Below are positions 35,848 through 51,500 of a stretch of DNA of 64,000 bases, one piece after another; position 1 is the stretch's first letter, and each line of letters begins with the position of its first letter. The notes below the pieces were generated by a model that saw nothing but the letters and a program-made list of their open reading frames with translations, searched no databases and had not been told where the DNA came from. The stretch is from Poseidonia sp. (GTDB lineage Archaea > Thermoplasmatota > Poseidoniia > Poseidoniales > Poseidoniaceae): NCBI GenBank assembly GCA_965661285.1, contig CBFIDD010000003.1, forward strand, positions 32,001 to 96,000, written 5' to 3'. The position numbers and the translations under genes are program-made.

Positions 35848-37902
35848 TCAGTCCCATACCGTTCTGCTGTTCGTCCCGTATCCTTGGGCCATCTGCTGCG
35901 CTTTTGACTTGCGTTGAACTTCCATCCAGGTGGCGACCAGACCAAGAGCGAGACCGCCCAACATGAGCGTCCCACCGTAGGGCAAGAGGCCTGAGGCGCT
36001 CTCTAGGCCCCAAGACGATGCAGGAATGTCGCCGGCGTCAAAGCCATCGGAAGGGATGAACAGCACATCGAGCAGATCCAAATCGCAGTCACACAGCGAA
36101 ATGGAGATGCGTTCCGGGAAGAGTGAGGCCTGGAGGCGAACCCAATCATCGGCATCGATGTTCGCTGGACGCGTGGCCCAAGCAGGGGCGGCAAAAGACC
36201 CGGTTGCAGGAGCAGAGACCATTTCCGTGTTGAGGTGAATGACCGACGAGGCCGGTTGTTCATCGACCACCAACATGGCCTCAAGCATGAGTAAATCGAG
36301 CAGAAGTGAACGTCCTGCAAGCAGAATGAAGCGCACGGTTTGGCTCTCCAGCATACCCTCTTGCGTTTGTTGGGTTTGGCCTTTGGCGACTTGGCCAAAA
36401 ATCGCCTTATCGAGGCGCAGCGATTCCAATTCGGGCACCACCAGTTGCCATCGTCCGTCATCGAGGGGGATGGCTTTCTCAATGTCCAACTTCATCTTCA
36501 AACGCTCGCCTTCCAACATGCCCCACGTCGCTCCTGTGTGGGTGTAGAGGGTCTGCTCTGGAACACCTTCGGCCGAGACATCCCAAAGTTGCTGAAGTCG
36601 CATCTCCACCAGGGTCTCGAGTGTGATTTCATCTTGGTGTTGCACCTCATCGGCGATCGCCCACATCGGATGCAGTATCCCTCCGACCAACAACATCAAC
36701 ACACCGGGCACGAAGAGACCATAGCGAACAAAGTAGGCGGTCGTTGGGCGCATGGCGACGACCAAAAACAACAGCAGCATCATGACGGAGACAATGAGCA
36801 TACCGACGCCGTGGTCGTCCAGTTTTTCGTAGCGGTCCATATCACCAACAAAGGCGGCGCCTTGTGGGTAGAAACTTGCAGAAGCAAAACCGCTTGGGTC
36901 GGTGGGTCCGAGCCCCTCGTAACCGAAGACACCTGTCCAGGAGTAGGACTGAATCTTGTCGGGGGAGCCGTGCATACAGAGGGTGTAATCACCGGTGGGA
37001 AGGGCTCGCCAACGGTAGGTTATTTTCAGCGATTCACCGTCGTCGTCGACCACAACGTCTGGAGAGGGAGAAAGACGCCCTGCTGCGGTGATGAGGTCCG
37101 GTACAGGGTGCGGTTGTTCAATCTCAATGGGAACCAAATCCCACTCTACCAGGAGGCGAAGGACTTCATGAGTTTCAACCTCAAAGGCCCAACAATCATG
37201 GTCAGCACCGACCAAAGCGCCACGGTGAATGTCTTCGAAAACCGTCTCCACGGGTTGGGCGGCAGAAGAGGGTTCATCCAAGTCAGCACGTGCTGCATCG
37301 ATGGACCACGGAACATCGAGTTTGAGGAAGGAAGCGCCCCGCATGTTAAGCGACCAGGTCCCGGGTCGGTCGAGCGTGACGGAGAAGAAGAGACGAACCG
37401 GGTCATCCTCCCACAACACACGGCCTTCGTTGAGATTCAGGGGCTCGTCTTCGAGCTCGTAGTTTGAGGCGGCGAGTTCAGGAAGGCTGCTGGCCTCGAA
37501 GGACCATTCGTTGACGTTTTGGCCAAGCACCAGACGCACCTCGACCGCCGGTCGAAACAGGCTGCCTGCTTCGGTTTGGTGTTTGAAGTCCAGTTGGAAG
37601 GATTTCATGGTCTCTGGGAGCAGGGCGATGTGATTCTGAGCAGGATCCATCTCAAATTCAAAGGTCAACACCTCGGGTTGAACCACATTGGCAAAGGTCT
37701 GCCCTGAAACTTCTTCCTCACCGATTGGCGTCGGTGTGAGGACACAGTCGTTATCGGCCCGGCAAGACAGAAACATATCGCCGTTCGCTTCGGTGAGGTC
37801 GGCTGAGACGGGCACAGCGGGATGAAGCAGCAAGGCGAGAAAGGAAGCGAGCAGAACCAACGACCTGCCCTTGGACCGCGAGCCGTTCATCATCAAATCC
37901 AA
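35848..37902 (-). CDS. hypothetical secreted/membrane protein
   Basis: Signal peptide (VSA|DL), acidic beta-rich ectodomain, internal TM pair and a C-terminal TM. Confidence 0.75.
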   Translation of the reverse strand: MDLMMNGSRSKGRSLVLLASFLALLLHPAVPVSADLTEANGDMFLSCRADNDCVLTPTPIGEEEVSGQTFANVVQPEVLTFEFEMDPAQNHIALLPETMKSFQLDFKHQTEAGSLFRPAVEVRLVLGQNVNEWSFEASSLPELAASNYELEDEPLNLNEGRVLWEDDPVRLFFSVTLDRPGTWSLNMRGASFLKLDVPWSIDAARADLDEPSSAAQPVETVFEDIHRGALVGADHDCWAFEVETHEVLRLLVEWDLVPIEIEQPHPVPDLITAAGRLSPSPDVVVDDDGESLKITYRWRALPTGDYTLCMHGSPDKIQSYSWTGVFGYEGLGPTDPSGFASASFYPQGAAFVGDMDRYEKLDDHGVGMLIVSVMMLLLFLVVAMRPTTAYFVRYGLFVPGVLMLLVGGILHPMWAIADEVQHQDEITLETLVEMRLQQLWDVSAEGVPEQTLYTHTGATWGMLEGERLKMKLDIEKAIPLDDGRWQLVVPELESLRLDKAIFGQVAKGQTQQTQEGMLESQTVRFILLAGRSLLLDLLMLEAMLVVDEQPASSVIHLNTEMVSAPATGSFAAPAWATRPANIDADDWVRLQASLFPERISISLCDCDLDLLDVLFIPSDGFDAGDIPASSWGLESASGLLPYGGTLMLGGLALGLVATWMEVQRKSKAQQMAQGYGTNSRTVWD

Positions 37903-37920
37903 CCAACATGATGGAGTATT

Positions 37921-38457
37921 TCATTCAATGTCCTGTGCGGGCACATCCTCAAGCACCGTTCGACAGGAGCGGCAAAGGTAGCGACCTCCACCTCGCCGCT
38001 GACGAGGGAATCGAAGGTCGCAGGTCTTGCAAACCCAATGCCACTTGGCCCTCATCAGACGCTGTTCGTGCGTAAACGCCTTCCCTCGTACGGCTCCGAT
38101 GGCATCAGGCCAATGGGCCTCCATGGCTCGAAACGATGCATCGTGCGCACGGTGGCCTAAGACATGGAGAAACTCGTGGAAGAGGACAAACGCTGCGTAA
38201 TCGTGCCATGCTGCATCGAGCAAAGCAGGGTGAAGGTCGACGACGTCAACCGACAGGCTTCCGCTCGGCATGCGATTCCAACGCGTCACGCCATGACGCT
38301 GTGTAGCGTTTGAGCGGAGCACCCCCAGCGGCACATCGGCCAGTGATGAAAGGTCGACCGATTCGAGGAACGGCAAGGCTTGCATTGTTTCGAGAACCTC
38401 CTTGCGAAGGTCGCTGAGCAACGCAACTTGTTGGCTGCTGGGCTTCACCAACGCCAT
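37921..38457 (-). CDS. SprT/YgjP-like zinc metalloprotease with C-terminal zinc ribbon
   Basis: VLFHEFLH..GH..H..SF zincin motif; CKTC...CRSC. Confidence 0.78.
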   Translation of the reverse strand: MALVKPSSQQVALLSDLRKEVLETMQALPFLESVDLSSLADVPLGVLRSNATQRHGVTRWNRMPSGSLSVDVVDLHPALLDAAWHDYAAFVLFHEFLHVLGHRAHDASFRAMEAHWPDAIGAVRGKAFTHEQRLMRAKWHWVCKTCDLRFPRQRRGGGRYLCRSCRTVLEDVPAQDIE

Positions 38458-38460
38458 CCC

Positions 38461-38925
38461 TCACGACCAGCGATGGTAGGCAGGGTGGCCCTCTTTGACG
38501 GCGACAAAGAGGCCACTGCCGGTGGCGCACACTTTCCCTTCAGCCTCAAGCGTGAGGCTGACCGAGACCCTGTCCTCAAGCACCTCAGTGCTCTGGCTGA
38601 TGACGGTAAGCGTGGCGCCAAGTGGGGTCGGGCGACGAAGTTGAACGTCGTACTTTGCGGTAACCGTGCAGGGTGGTTCGCTCAAGCCCTGCGCGTCCAT
38701 GAGCGCAACGGCTGCCGTCCAGTTTCCATGACAATCGAGCAGGGTACCGATAATGCCACCGTTCACCATCCCGGGGAAGGCTTGGTGGTGGTCTTCTGGC
38801 GTGTATTCCATACGCAGGCCACCGTCAATGCGGTAGGAATTGATGCGCAGGCCTTTTTCGTTCGCTGGCCCACAGCCAAAACAAATCGACGAGGGGGCAT
38901 ACATGCGCTGAACGCCTTCTTCCAT
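38461..38925 (-). CDS. PaaI-family hotdog thioesterase
   Basis: CFGCGPANEKGL, FPGMVNGGIIGTLLDCH, VTA...V.LRRPTP. Confidence 0.88.
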   Translation of the reverse strand: MEEGVQRMYAPSSICFGCGPANEKGLRINSYRIDGGLRMEYTPEDHHQAFPGMVNGGIIGTLLDCHGNWTAAVALMDAQGLSEPPCTVTAKYDVQLRRPTPLGATLTVISQSTEVLEDRVSVSLTLEAEGKVCATGSGLFVAVKEGHPAYHRWS

Positions 38926-39009
38926 ACCCTTCGGTGGGGGGACAGATTGATGATTCTTCCCTCATCTCTCCTGCGGAGTGTTGATGTTGGTCACCCACGT
39001 GGAAAGAAC

Positions 39010-40323
39010 ATGGCCGGGAAGAGGAAGAAAACGGTTCGCAAGGTTCGGGTTGCTCACGAACTTCCAAAACGCCGTAGAATGGCGATTGAAGAGGCCATGG
39101 AAGCCCACAAAACCGAAGATCGTCCAGAGTGGGACCGCGTCTCTCATTGGGGCGACATCCGCTTTAATCGGAAACGGATCAAACCCGGCACCCTACGAAC
39201 CGTTCACCTCCCGCTCTTGAACGTCAGTCTCGGGGACGAGTGGCCGATTCCGGTCACCATCATCCACGGTGCTCGGCCAGGGCCGTGCATCACCGTCATC
39301 GGTGGCATCCACGGGGACGAGTTGACCGGACCCTCTGCCTGCACGCATTTGCTGAGCAATGCGTTTACCGACGAAGGCAAACCGCTTGACCCAACGAGCT
39401 TGGCGGGGACGTTGCGGATTGTTCCCGTCGTGAACCTCCCCGGCTATCGCATGAAATCGAGGTATTTTCCGGATGGACGGGACCTCAACCGACAATTTCC
39501 GGGGAATCCAGGCGGGTCCACCACCCGGCGTGTCGCCAATCAGGTCTGGACCCATCTGGTCGAGGGAAGTGACGCCATCATCGACTTGCACAGCGCCGCA
39601 AAAGGGCGACGAAACATGCCCCAGGTTCGCGTCGACATGACCCATACAAGTTCGTTCTTACTTGCGAAATCCTTCGGCATCGAAATCCTCCTCGACTCCA
39701 TACCGCCAAAGGGTACATTGAGGAGAACGGCGAACAGAGCCGACATCCCTGTCATCACCTACGAAGGGGGAAGCGCCGATACACTTGGGGACCAATCGGT
39801 GAAGGTGGCCGTTCACGGTGTGATGAACGTCCTGCGTTCCATGCGCATGGTTCCCGGCAACCCACAGCGGCCGAGATTTCGTATCATGGCCAGCGGTTCA
39901 ACCTGGCTGCGTGCAGGTGAAGGCGGTCTGCTCGATATGTTTGTCCGAGCGGGGAGCATCATGCGAGAAGGCGAGGTGGTCGCGACCATCTCCGATCCGG
40001 CGACGCCGGGCATGACCGTCGACATCGTCGCTCCGGAAGACGGGCTGATCATCGGTGCAGCCACCAATCCCTTCACCGCAGCCGGCATGCCGGTGGGTCA
40101 TTTCTTACCGATCTCCAAACACTTCCGATTGCTGGAGGAGCAAATCGACGAAAAAGGCCACTTCATCGTGAACGGCAGCCTTGAGGAGCGGGTTTGGCGA
40201 GAAGAACACGAAGTCTCTGAAGTCTCCCTTGATGGCGAATGGAGCGGCGGCACCGTCGACTCGGAATGGGTCAGTTCGAAATCCCAGAGCGAGGAAAAGG
40301 ATTTCGAGGAAGAAGCAGCCTGA
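39010..40323 (+). CDS. succinylglutamate desuccinylase/aspartoacylase-family (M14) protein
   Basis: GIHGDE, PVVN, DLNRQFPG, IDLHS, biotinyl-like C-terminal domain. Start placed at ATG 39010. Confidence 0.9.
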   Translation: MAGKRKKTVRKVRVAHELPKRRRMAIEEAMEAHKTEDRPEWDRVSHWGDIRFNRKRIKPGTLRTVHLPLLNVSLGDEWPIPVTIIHGARPGPCITVIGGIHGDELTGPSACTHLLSNAFTDEGKPLDPTSLAGTLRIVPVVNLPGYRMKSRYFPDGRDLNRQFPGNPGGSTTRRVANQVWTHLVEGSDAIIDLHSAAKGRRNMPQVRVDMTHTSSFLLAKSFGIEILLDSIPPKGTLRRTANRADIPVITYEGGSADTLGDQSVKVAVHGVMNVLRSMRMVPGNPQRPRFRIMASGSTWLRAGEGGLLDMFVRAGSIMREGEVVATISDPATPGMTVDIVAPEDGLIIGAATNPFTAAGMPVGHFLPISKHFRLLEEQIDEKGHFIVNGSLEERVWREEHEVSEVSLDGEWSGGTVDSEWVSSKSQSEEKDFEEEAA

Positions 40324-41580
40324 TCAAGAAGCGCTGAACGAGGCCACAGCGGCATGAATTTCCTCATCGAGCATGTTTCGCTTTTGGCTCTTGGCCACCT
40401 CAAAGAGATGGGCGACGAGGTCGTCTTCGGCCTCAATGCCCTGTTGCTCCAACCACCAAATGATGTTGGAACGGCCGGACATGTGGCCGATACGAATCAC
40501 TTGCTTCAATCCGAAATCTCCGGCAGGAACGCCCGAATAAACACGGTCTGCAAGCCAATCGTCGCCTTTTCGCATGGCTTTGATGACGGCTGAGGCGTGC
40601 ACGCCTGTCCCCGTTTCGAAAGCGTCTTCTCCAAAGACCGGGTAGTTTCGGGGAAGGGGAACTTCGATGTATTCGTTCGCTTTTTGCATGTAGGTGTCGA
40701 GCAGCGTGAGGTCGTTGTCAATGACACCCATGAGTTTGAGGTTCACGAGCGTTTGGTCGAGCGGTGCGTTCCCTGCTCGCTCGCCGACGCCCAAAGCGGT
40801 GCCGTGAATGACGTCAGCACCTGCTTCAACAGCGGCGATGTTGTTGGCCACACCCAAACCACGGTCCTGATGGCCGTGCCAGTTGACCTCAATCTCTCGG
40901 CGCTGGAAACCTGAATCCTTGATGACTTCTTCGTCGATGAAGGCGAGGAGTTTCTTCACACCGTTGGGCGTCACGTGACCACAGGTGTCGCAAACACAAA
41001 GCCGGCGGACGCCAAGTTCCATGGCTCGTTGATAGATCATCTTCACATCTTCAGGGTTGGAACGGGTGGTGTCTTCGGTGACAAACATAACGGGAACATC
41101 GTTCTCCACCGCATACGAAACGGCTTTTTCCATGGTGGTCATCAATTTCTCCATCGTCCAACCTTCGGTGTACTGACGAATCGGGCTGGTGCCGAGGAAT
41201 GCCGAGGCTTGGATTTCCATTTCGTGTTTTGCTTGCATCTCCACCAGTGGTTCGATATCACCCATCAAGGTTCGAACAGCCGCCCCAGGGCGAATGGCAT
41301 AGTCGTTTTCTCGAATGTGCGAGAGCATGGCATCGATGTGCGAGCGATGGAATGGCCCGGCTCCCGGCAGACCGAGGTCAACCTTTTGGAGGCCAAGTTG
41401 CTCCATGTAGCTGAGCAGTTCGATTTTCTGTTCGATGGTAGGATTGCGAGCGCTGGGGCTTTGCAAGCCGTCCCTGAGCGTTTCGTCATCAAACCAAACC
41501 CCGTGTGGGTGGTTGGATGCATTGCGCTTGAAGTCGTACTCCACCGTGTTCCAATCGTAAATCAAAGAGCGCTCGTCCAT
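40324..41580 (-). CDS. 2-isopropylmalate/homocitrate synthase family (DRE-TIM) without regulatory domain
   Basis: DETLRDGLQS, CDTCG, HGHQDRG, GVGERAGN, GVHA; ends before the LeuA allosteric domain. Confidence 0.85.
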   Translation of the reverse strand: MDERSLIYDWNTVEYDFKRNASNHPHGVWFDDETLRDGLQSPSARNPTIEQKIELLSYMEQLGLQKVDLGLPGAGPFHRSHIDAMLSHIRENDYAIRPGAAVRTLMGDIEPLVEMQAKHEMEIQASAFLGTSPIRQYTEGWTMEKLMTTMEKAVSYAVENDVPVMFVTEDTTRSNPEDVKMIYQRAMELGVRRLCVCDTCGHVTPNGVKKLLAFIDEEVIKDSGFQRREIEVNWHGHQDRGLGVANNIAAVEAGADVIHGTALGVGERAGNAPLDQTLVNLKLMGVIDNDLTLLDTYMQKANEYIEVPLPRNYPVFGEDAFETGTGVHASAVIKAMRKGDDWLADRVYSGVPAGDFGLKQVIRIGHMSGRSNIIWWLEQQGIEAEDDLVAHLFEVAKSQKRNMLDEEIHAAVASFSAS

Positions 41581-41694
41581 CAATCTCACCGCTGGGAGGA
41601 AGGTCCCCAGCAAGCGGGAGAAGTTGCCTTCCCGTTTGAATGCGTCGCTCATCTCACCTTGGGCTGAAGAAAGCCCGTGCCGCCTTGAAAAGCA

Positions 41695-46384
<4,690 letters not shown>

Positions 46385-46440
46385 TCAAATATGAACGCGT
46401 AGTTTCCCGTTTCCCTCCCTCAAAGATTACTGCTCGTTAC

Positions 46441-46458
46441 GGGGTATAAAGGTACCCC
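46441..46458 (-). promoter_or_regulatory. palindrome enclosing a candidate TATA box upstream of gyrB
   Basis: GGGGTA-TAAAGG-TACCCC; the minus strand reads TTTATA inside the inverted repeat. Lies in the ~300-bp gyrB/aroD divergent spacer. Confidence 0.45.
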
Positions 46459-46642
46459 ATTTCGACCCTGAAAAACGATGTATTGCGCACCATTTTACCA
46501 CCTCCAAAACGAGCGATTTGGAAACAGAAAATCCGGGAAGAGGAGTGGCCGCCGTAATGGTGTGAAAAACGACCGTCTTGGGCAACAAAAGCGTTGCCTA
46601 CCGATGCGTGAGCGTTAAGAAGAGGTCGCAAATGGAAGGTTC

Positions 46643-47440
46643 ATGGCTGACCCAAAAGTGTGCGTTTCCCTCGAAGGCACGACCGTGAAAGAGATGGCAG
46701 ATGAAGCAGCCCGAGCAAACCTCGCCGGTGCGGATTTTGTGGAGGTTCGCTTTGACCGCTTGTTCATCAAGCGACCCGAAGCCGAAGAGGTCGAAGACGA
46801 GAACGGCGAAGTCAAACACATCATGCCCCCCGAGAACGAATGGCCCGAACGCGAGATGGGAAGCATCAACGTGGAGGAATCCATTCAAGATCTCAAGGAG
46901 AGCATCCCCCTTCCCGTCATCTTCACCGTTCGACCCAAAGACGAGGGCGGATTCTATCCCGGCGAAGAAAGCGATCGCATCGCCATCCTTGAGAAAGCCA
47001 TCGCCTCAGGCGTCCATTCGGTGGACCTTGAACTCTCCATTGAGGAGGGTGCTCGAGCAACGCTTGTTGAGACAGCCACGTCCGAGAACATCAGGGTCAT
47101 TTCCTCCATCCACAACACCTCAACCACTCCAAGTGCCGAGGAATTGGTCAACATGGTGAACGAGCACGCCAAGGAAGGTGAAATTTTCAAGTTCTGCGGG
47201 ACGGTTAACGACCACCAGGACGCCCTCCAAATCGTTGAAGCCAGCTACGACTTGAAGACCTCCAAGCACGCCTTCTCCATGATGGCCCTCGGAAATGGCG
47301 GAGACTGGGCTCGACTTCACGCTCCCGTCTTGGGGCAGTCGCTGGTCTATGCGACCATGCGCTCAGAATTCAAACTCTCCAACAAAGGGCTCGTGAACAT
47401 TCGCGACCTCAAGAACGCCTGGACGCTCATGGAGTATTGA
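46643..47440 (+). CDS. aroD: type I 3-dehydroquinate dehydratase
   Basis: ADFVEVRFD, IFTVRPKDEGG, VDLEL, SSIHN, Schiff-base Lys in IFKF, MALG. Confidence 0.88.
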   Translation: MADPKVCVSLEGTTVKEMADEAARANLAGADFVEVRFDRLFIKRPEAEEVEDENGEVKHIMPPENEWPEREMGSINVEESIQDLKESIPLPVIFTVRPKDEGGFYPGEESDRIAILEKAIASGVHSVDLELSIEEGARATLVETATSENIRVISSIHNTSTTPSAEELVNMVNEHAKEGEIFKFCGTVNDHQDALQIVEASYDLKTSKHAFSMMALGNGGDWARLHAPVLGQSLVYATMRSEFKLSNKGLVNIRDLKNAWTLMEY

Positions 47441-47441
47441 C

Positions 47442-48476
47442 CTACTCTTCGGATGTTGCTTCCTGTTCGAGGAAGGGGACCGGCGTTTGCTTCTGCGGTG
47501 TTGATTCACCCAATCCTGCTTGCATGTATCGCTTGTTGAGCACCACCGGCACAACAACCAGAGCCGCGAGAAGAACGAAGAGAGAGAGGGGCACCGTCCA
47601 CGGTGGCAAAAGGGCGGTTCGCTCCACGGGAATCACGGTGATGTCGGCGACGAGGACGCCGTTTGTAGGTCCGGCGTCGCCGTCGTTGGTGTTGTCCCAA
47701 GCGTCGATGACCAAATAGAAATCCTGCCATTCCGTACCGCCGAAAAGTGAACTGTACACCTCGGGCCCGTCCATCGCAACCGAAAAGGTCGCTTGCTGAG
47801 TGGTTTCGTACTGGTGGACATCTCGGTAGGTTTGCCATCCGAGCGGATTAAAGCTCCTCCATTCGGGTGGGATATCGCTGAGCAGTTCGGAATCACCCCC
47901 TGCAATATCCCAATCCTGCCACCGCCACCCACCGTGCATCATGCGGTAGACCTCTACGTAGGAATTGTATTGCGATGTGGTCATGAGGTACACGTCCCCT
48001 TGAGCCGGAACCGTCTGGTTGTCAACCAGTTCGTAGAGCGACACACAGAACGTGGTTCGATGTGAACTCGAAAGATTGAACCTCAGCATCCCGGAACTGT
48101 CGTTTCCAATCTGCATCGAGGTGTATTGCCCCGTCGTCAACGGGTCAAGCGAGGGAAGGGGCCATATTGGCGAGTACATCCATGGCTCCTCGGGGTGAAG
48201 TTGCGGGTCCCAATCATCGCCGTACTCGGCTTGCGGCTTGCCCGCTCCACGATCGTCATCATCATCTTCTTCGTAATACATGTCACCGTAGAAAAAAAGA
48301 CTGCCCGAGTTCGAGAACGGTACGAGAGCGAGGCGCTGAGCCGTGGTGTTCCAGTCCGGAGAGACGACCTCCCCCTCACACGCAGACGCAGCTTGCGCCG
48401 GTTGAATTGAGCCGAGCGATGATGAAAACAAAGCAAAAATGAGCAAAAACAAGACCGTTTTGCTACCAACTCGCAT
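47442..48476 (-). CDS. hypothetical secreted protein with C-terminal membrane anchor
   Basis: Signal peptide, Trp/Asp-rich ectodomain (YLVIDAWDN), C-terminal TM. Confidence 0.75.
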   Translation of the reverse strand: MRVGSKTVLFLLIFALFSSSLGSIQPAQAASACEGEVVSPDWNTTAQRLALVPFSNSGSLFFYGDMYYEEDDDDDRGAGKPQAEYGDDWDPQLHPEEPWMYSPIWPLPSLDPLTTGQYTSMQIGNDSSGMLRFNLSSSHRTTFCVSLYELVDNQTVPAQGDVYLMTTSQYNSYVEVYRMMHGGWRWQDWDIAGGDSELLSDIPPEWRSFNPLGWQTYRDVHQYETTQQATFSVAMDGPEVYSSLFGGTEWQDFYLVIDAWDNTNDGDAGPTNGVLVADITVIPVERTALLPPWTVPLSLFVLLAALVVVPVVLNKRYMQAGLGESTPQKQTPVPFLEQEATSEE

Positions 48477-48522
48477 GCTATCGCCAAACAGATGTTATTG
48501 CCGTCGGTTTTAGGACATTGCC

Positions 48523-51500
48523 TCAGCGACGTCGAAGTGGACGCACATAACCACTGCCATCGCTTCGACGTTCCTCCTTGGAGAGAATCTTTGGGGCAGG
48601 CGGGGGCATGTGGTGGTCCATGCCAAGTAAACCGCCTTGTGTTTCAACATGCTCGATGTCCGTGTAGGTTTCTGCTGCCTCTTTTGCATCCTCCTCAACC
48701 GAGGATGGCTCACGCATGACCAGCCAACCCAGAACGAGGGCTACCACGATGAGTGCGATGAACGTCGCCAACTCCGAGCCTGCATCGGCGAGCCAAGACT
48801 TCCATTCTTCGGCACTGAAGTCCGATAGGGACGGCGGCCCTTCAGGCTCGGGAACGACTTCTACGTCGGCTGTGAGCGTGTCGCACTGACCCATGCCATC
48901 GCACACCTCGACAAGGACGGTGTAGAATCCTGTGACCTCCCAGGTGTTGATGGTTCGGACCGAGGAACCTGCGACCGGGTACAACCAGTCGTTCGCAGGG
49001 TTGCCGTCTTCATCAGCATCCGTTTCGATGTCAAAGTCCCAGCGGACACTGTAATCCGTTGAAATCCGCTCATCTCGCTCGGTGATGGAGCCGTCATCAA
49101 CGTCGAGGTCGCGGTAAATATCCATCTCTTTACCGGCTTCCTCATCAAAAACATCGGCATCAAATGAAATTGAAGAGCCGACGTAGATGTTCTCCGGCAC
49201 GTAAATCTCGCGGGCCTCCGGGGGGTGGTCAACGATGACCGTGAAGGTCTCTCTGGAGACATCCCCGGTACCAAAACCGTCCCGAACGGTGAGGGAGACC
49301 TCGTAGGTTCCCGGCAAGGTGTAGGCGTGCCATGGTGTTGCTTCGTGAACCAGTGGCGTTGCGTCGCCAAAGTCCCAGGTGTACTGAACCAAACCGTTCC
49401 AATCGGGAGATTCAATCTCGAAGGGGACGTACTTTCCTTCGAACTGCCGGTCGCCATCGCGGGTACCGGCCGAGTCGAAATACAGCATTCGTTGAGGCGC
49501 AGTGACCACAGCCCCATCTTCGGTGAAGGTGTGGGACCAGCCATCAGGTACAGAGCCATCGGGGAAGACCGAAGACGTGGTGATGGGTTCGCCGTCGAGA
49601 TAGCCATCAAGAATGCGCACCTGAATGATCGGGAGCGGATTTGAAATCCGAACCGTCATGGTCCGAGGGAAACTTTCCATGCCGTCCTTGTCGGTCACGA
49701 TGAGCGTGACCGTGTGAACGCCGGGCGTGGTGAAAGTGTGGGTAGCTTGGGGGCGGTCCCCGAACGTACCGTCTGAAAAGGTCCAATTCCAAACCTCGAT
49801 GTCTGTGGAATCGCCGACCGTGCCGTCGGGGTCCATGCTGTCAAGACCGTCAAAGACATAGGCGGTATCGACTTCTCCGTCTTCTTGCCTGAAATCAATT
49901 TCTCGAGAACCTGTAGCGGAGAGCGTTCGAACATCAAAGGTCGCCACTGGCATTTGGTTCAGGACCACAACGGTCAACACGGCCGTTGCTTGACTGCCAT
50001 CGTCGTCGGTGACCGTCAACGAGACCGTTTTGTTGCCAGGAACATCCCAGGCGACGATGGGGTTGACAGCGCTGCTGGTGATCGCAGAAAAATCATCGTT
50101 GCGAGTGGGTGTGCCGGTTCCGACACGAACACCGTCTGGGAAGGACCAAGCGTGGGTCAAAATTTCTCCGTCGTCGTCAACAAAAACATCGGGCAGCACC
50201 AAACTCGTATACGTCATGGTGGTCATGGTTTCGGAATACACCTGGATAGGAACGCGGTTGTTGATGGTGACCTGGATGGTTTTCACACCGGCGTTGATGC
50301 CATCCGACACCGTCAAGCTCAGGTTAAACACGGCGCTCTCACCGTTGATGTCGTTCCATTCGTGTTGTTCTGCGTACGCACCCTGGCCTCCGCTGGAGGT
50401 GCCGTCACCCCAATTCCATTGGAAATTCAGGTATTCCGTGGGAACATTGTCCACCGTACGTCCTGCGGAGAAAAGAATACGCTGACCGGTCAAGAGGGAA
50501 ATGTTGTCCTCAATCACCACGTTGTTCACGGTGATGACGGGGAGGGGTTCGGTGATGTCGCTCACGTTGATGGGGTGAATCTGCGTTTCCGACCATGTTC
50601 CGCCTCGGTCTTGGACCCGTAGCGTTGCATTGTAGGCGCCGACTTCGGTGTAGGGACGCAGGGGTGATTTGAGGTTTGAAGAGGCGTTGTCGCCAAACAC
50701 CCAAGCATACGCAGTGGGCGAGTCAAGGTAGGGCAGGCTGTTGTTGGAGAGGGAGAGGCCCCACGCGTCAAAACCAGCCCCTTGGAACTGAATGTTTTCC
50801 CACGTCTGAACATCGCTCAGCGATACGCTTCCGTTGGCCACGGGTTTCATGTTGTTGAGCATCTGCGGCGAGGTTTGCAGCGTGTCCACAATCTCACCCA
50901 GCATGTCCTTCATGACCATCTCAAAGGCGTACTGGTCGCCCAGTGGCGCCGTGAAGTAAACCTGACCATCGACCGAAACACCGCCGCCTGCTGCAACACG
51001 GTCGGTGATGGTATCAACGAGTTCGCCGCTGCTGTCACGGACCTTGATTTCAACATCCAAATCCTCGAAGAAGGCGTTTGAAAGCACGCCGTAATTGATG
51101 GCGACGGTGTCTTCCATTCCATCACCATCACGGTCCGATAACACGGTGTTGTTGAGCGAAAGCGTGGCGGGAGAGGTAATGCGGGCTGCCTCGATGTCGA
51201 CGGTTCCTTCCGGGTAAGAAGGACCGCAGGAGGTGTAGTCGCAATCCGCCACGGTCGAGGCGTACCAAGTGATGACCCAAACCTCGTCGGTCAGATTACC
51301 AAAGCCAGGAACAAGTCCCGTGGCGACGTTGTTAGCGAAATTGAGGTCGGTGACGCTCCACAGCCCATCGGAAATCGCCTTGGTGACGATGACGCCGTCA
51401 AATTGGCTCTTATCAGCGGTGAGGCGGAGGGTCAGTGGCGCCGGCGAAGCACTGCCGGGCGTGAACTTGAACGAACGCATGCCCCAGCCTTCAAGCGTAT

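Noticed and set aside
36340-37467. 375-aa plus-strand ORF
   Set aside because: Antisense to the 684-aa membrane protein, which has a coherent signal peptide and TM layout.
38380-39009. N-terminal 210 aa of the 647-aa ORF
   Set aside because: Overlaps the opposite-strand thioesterase and SprT genes; the M14 protein plausibly starts at ATG 39010.
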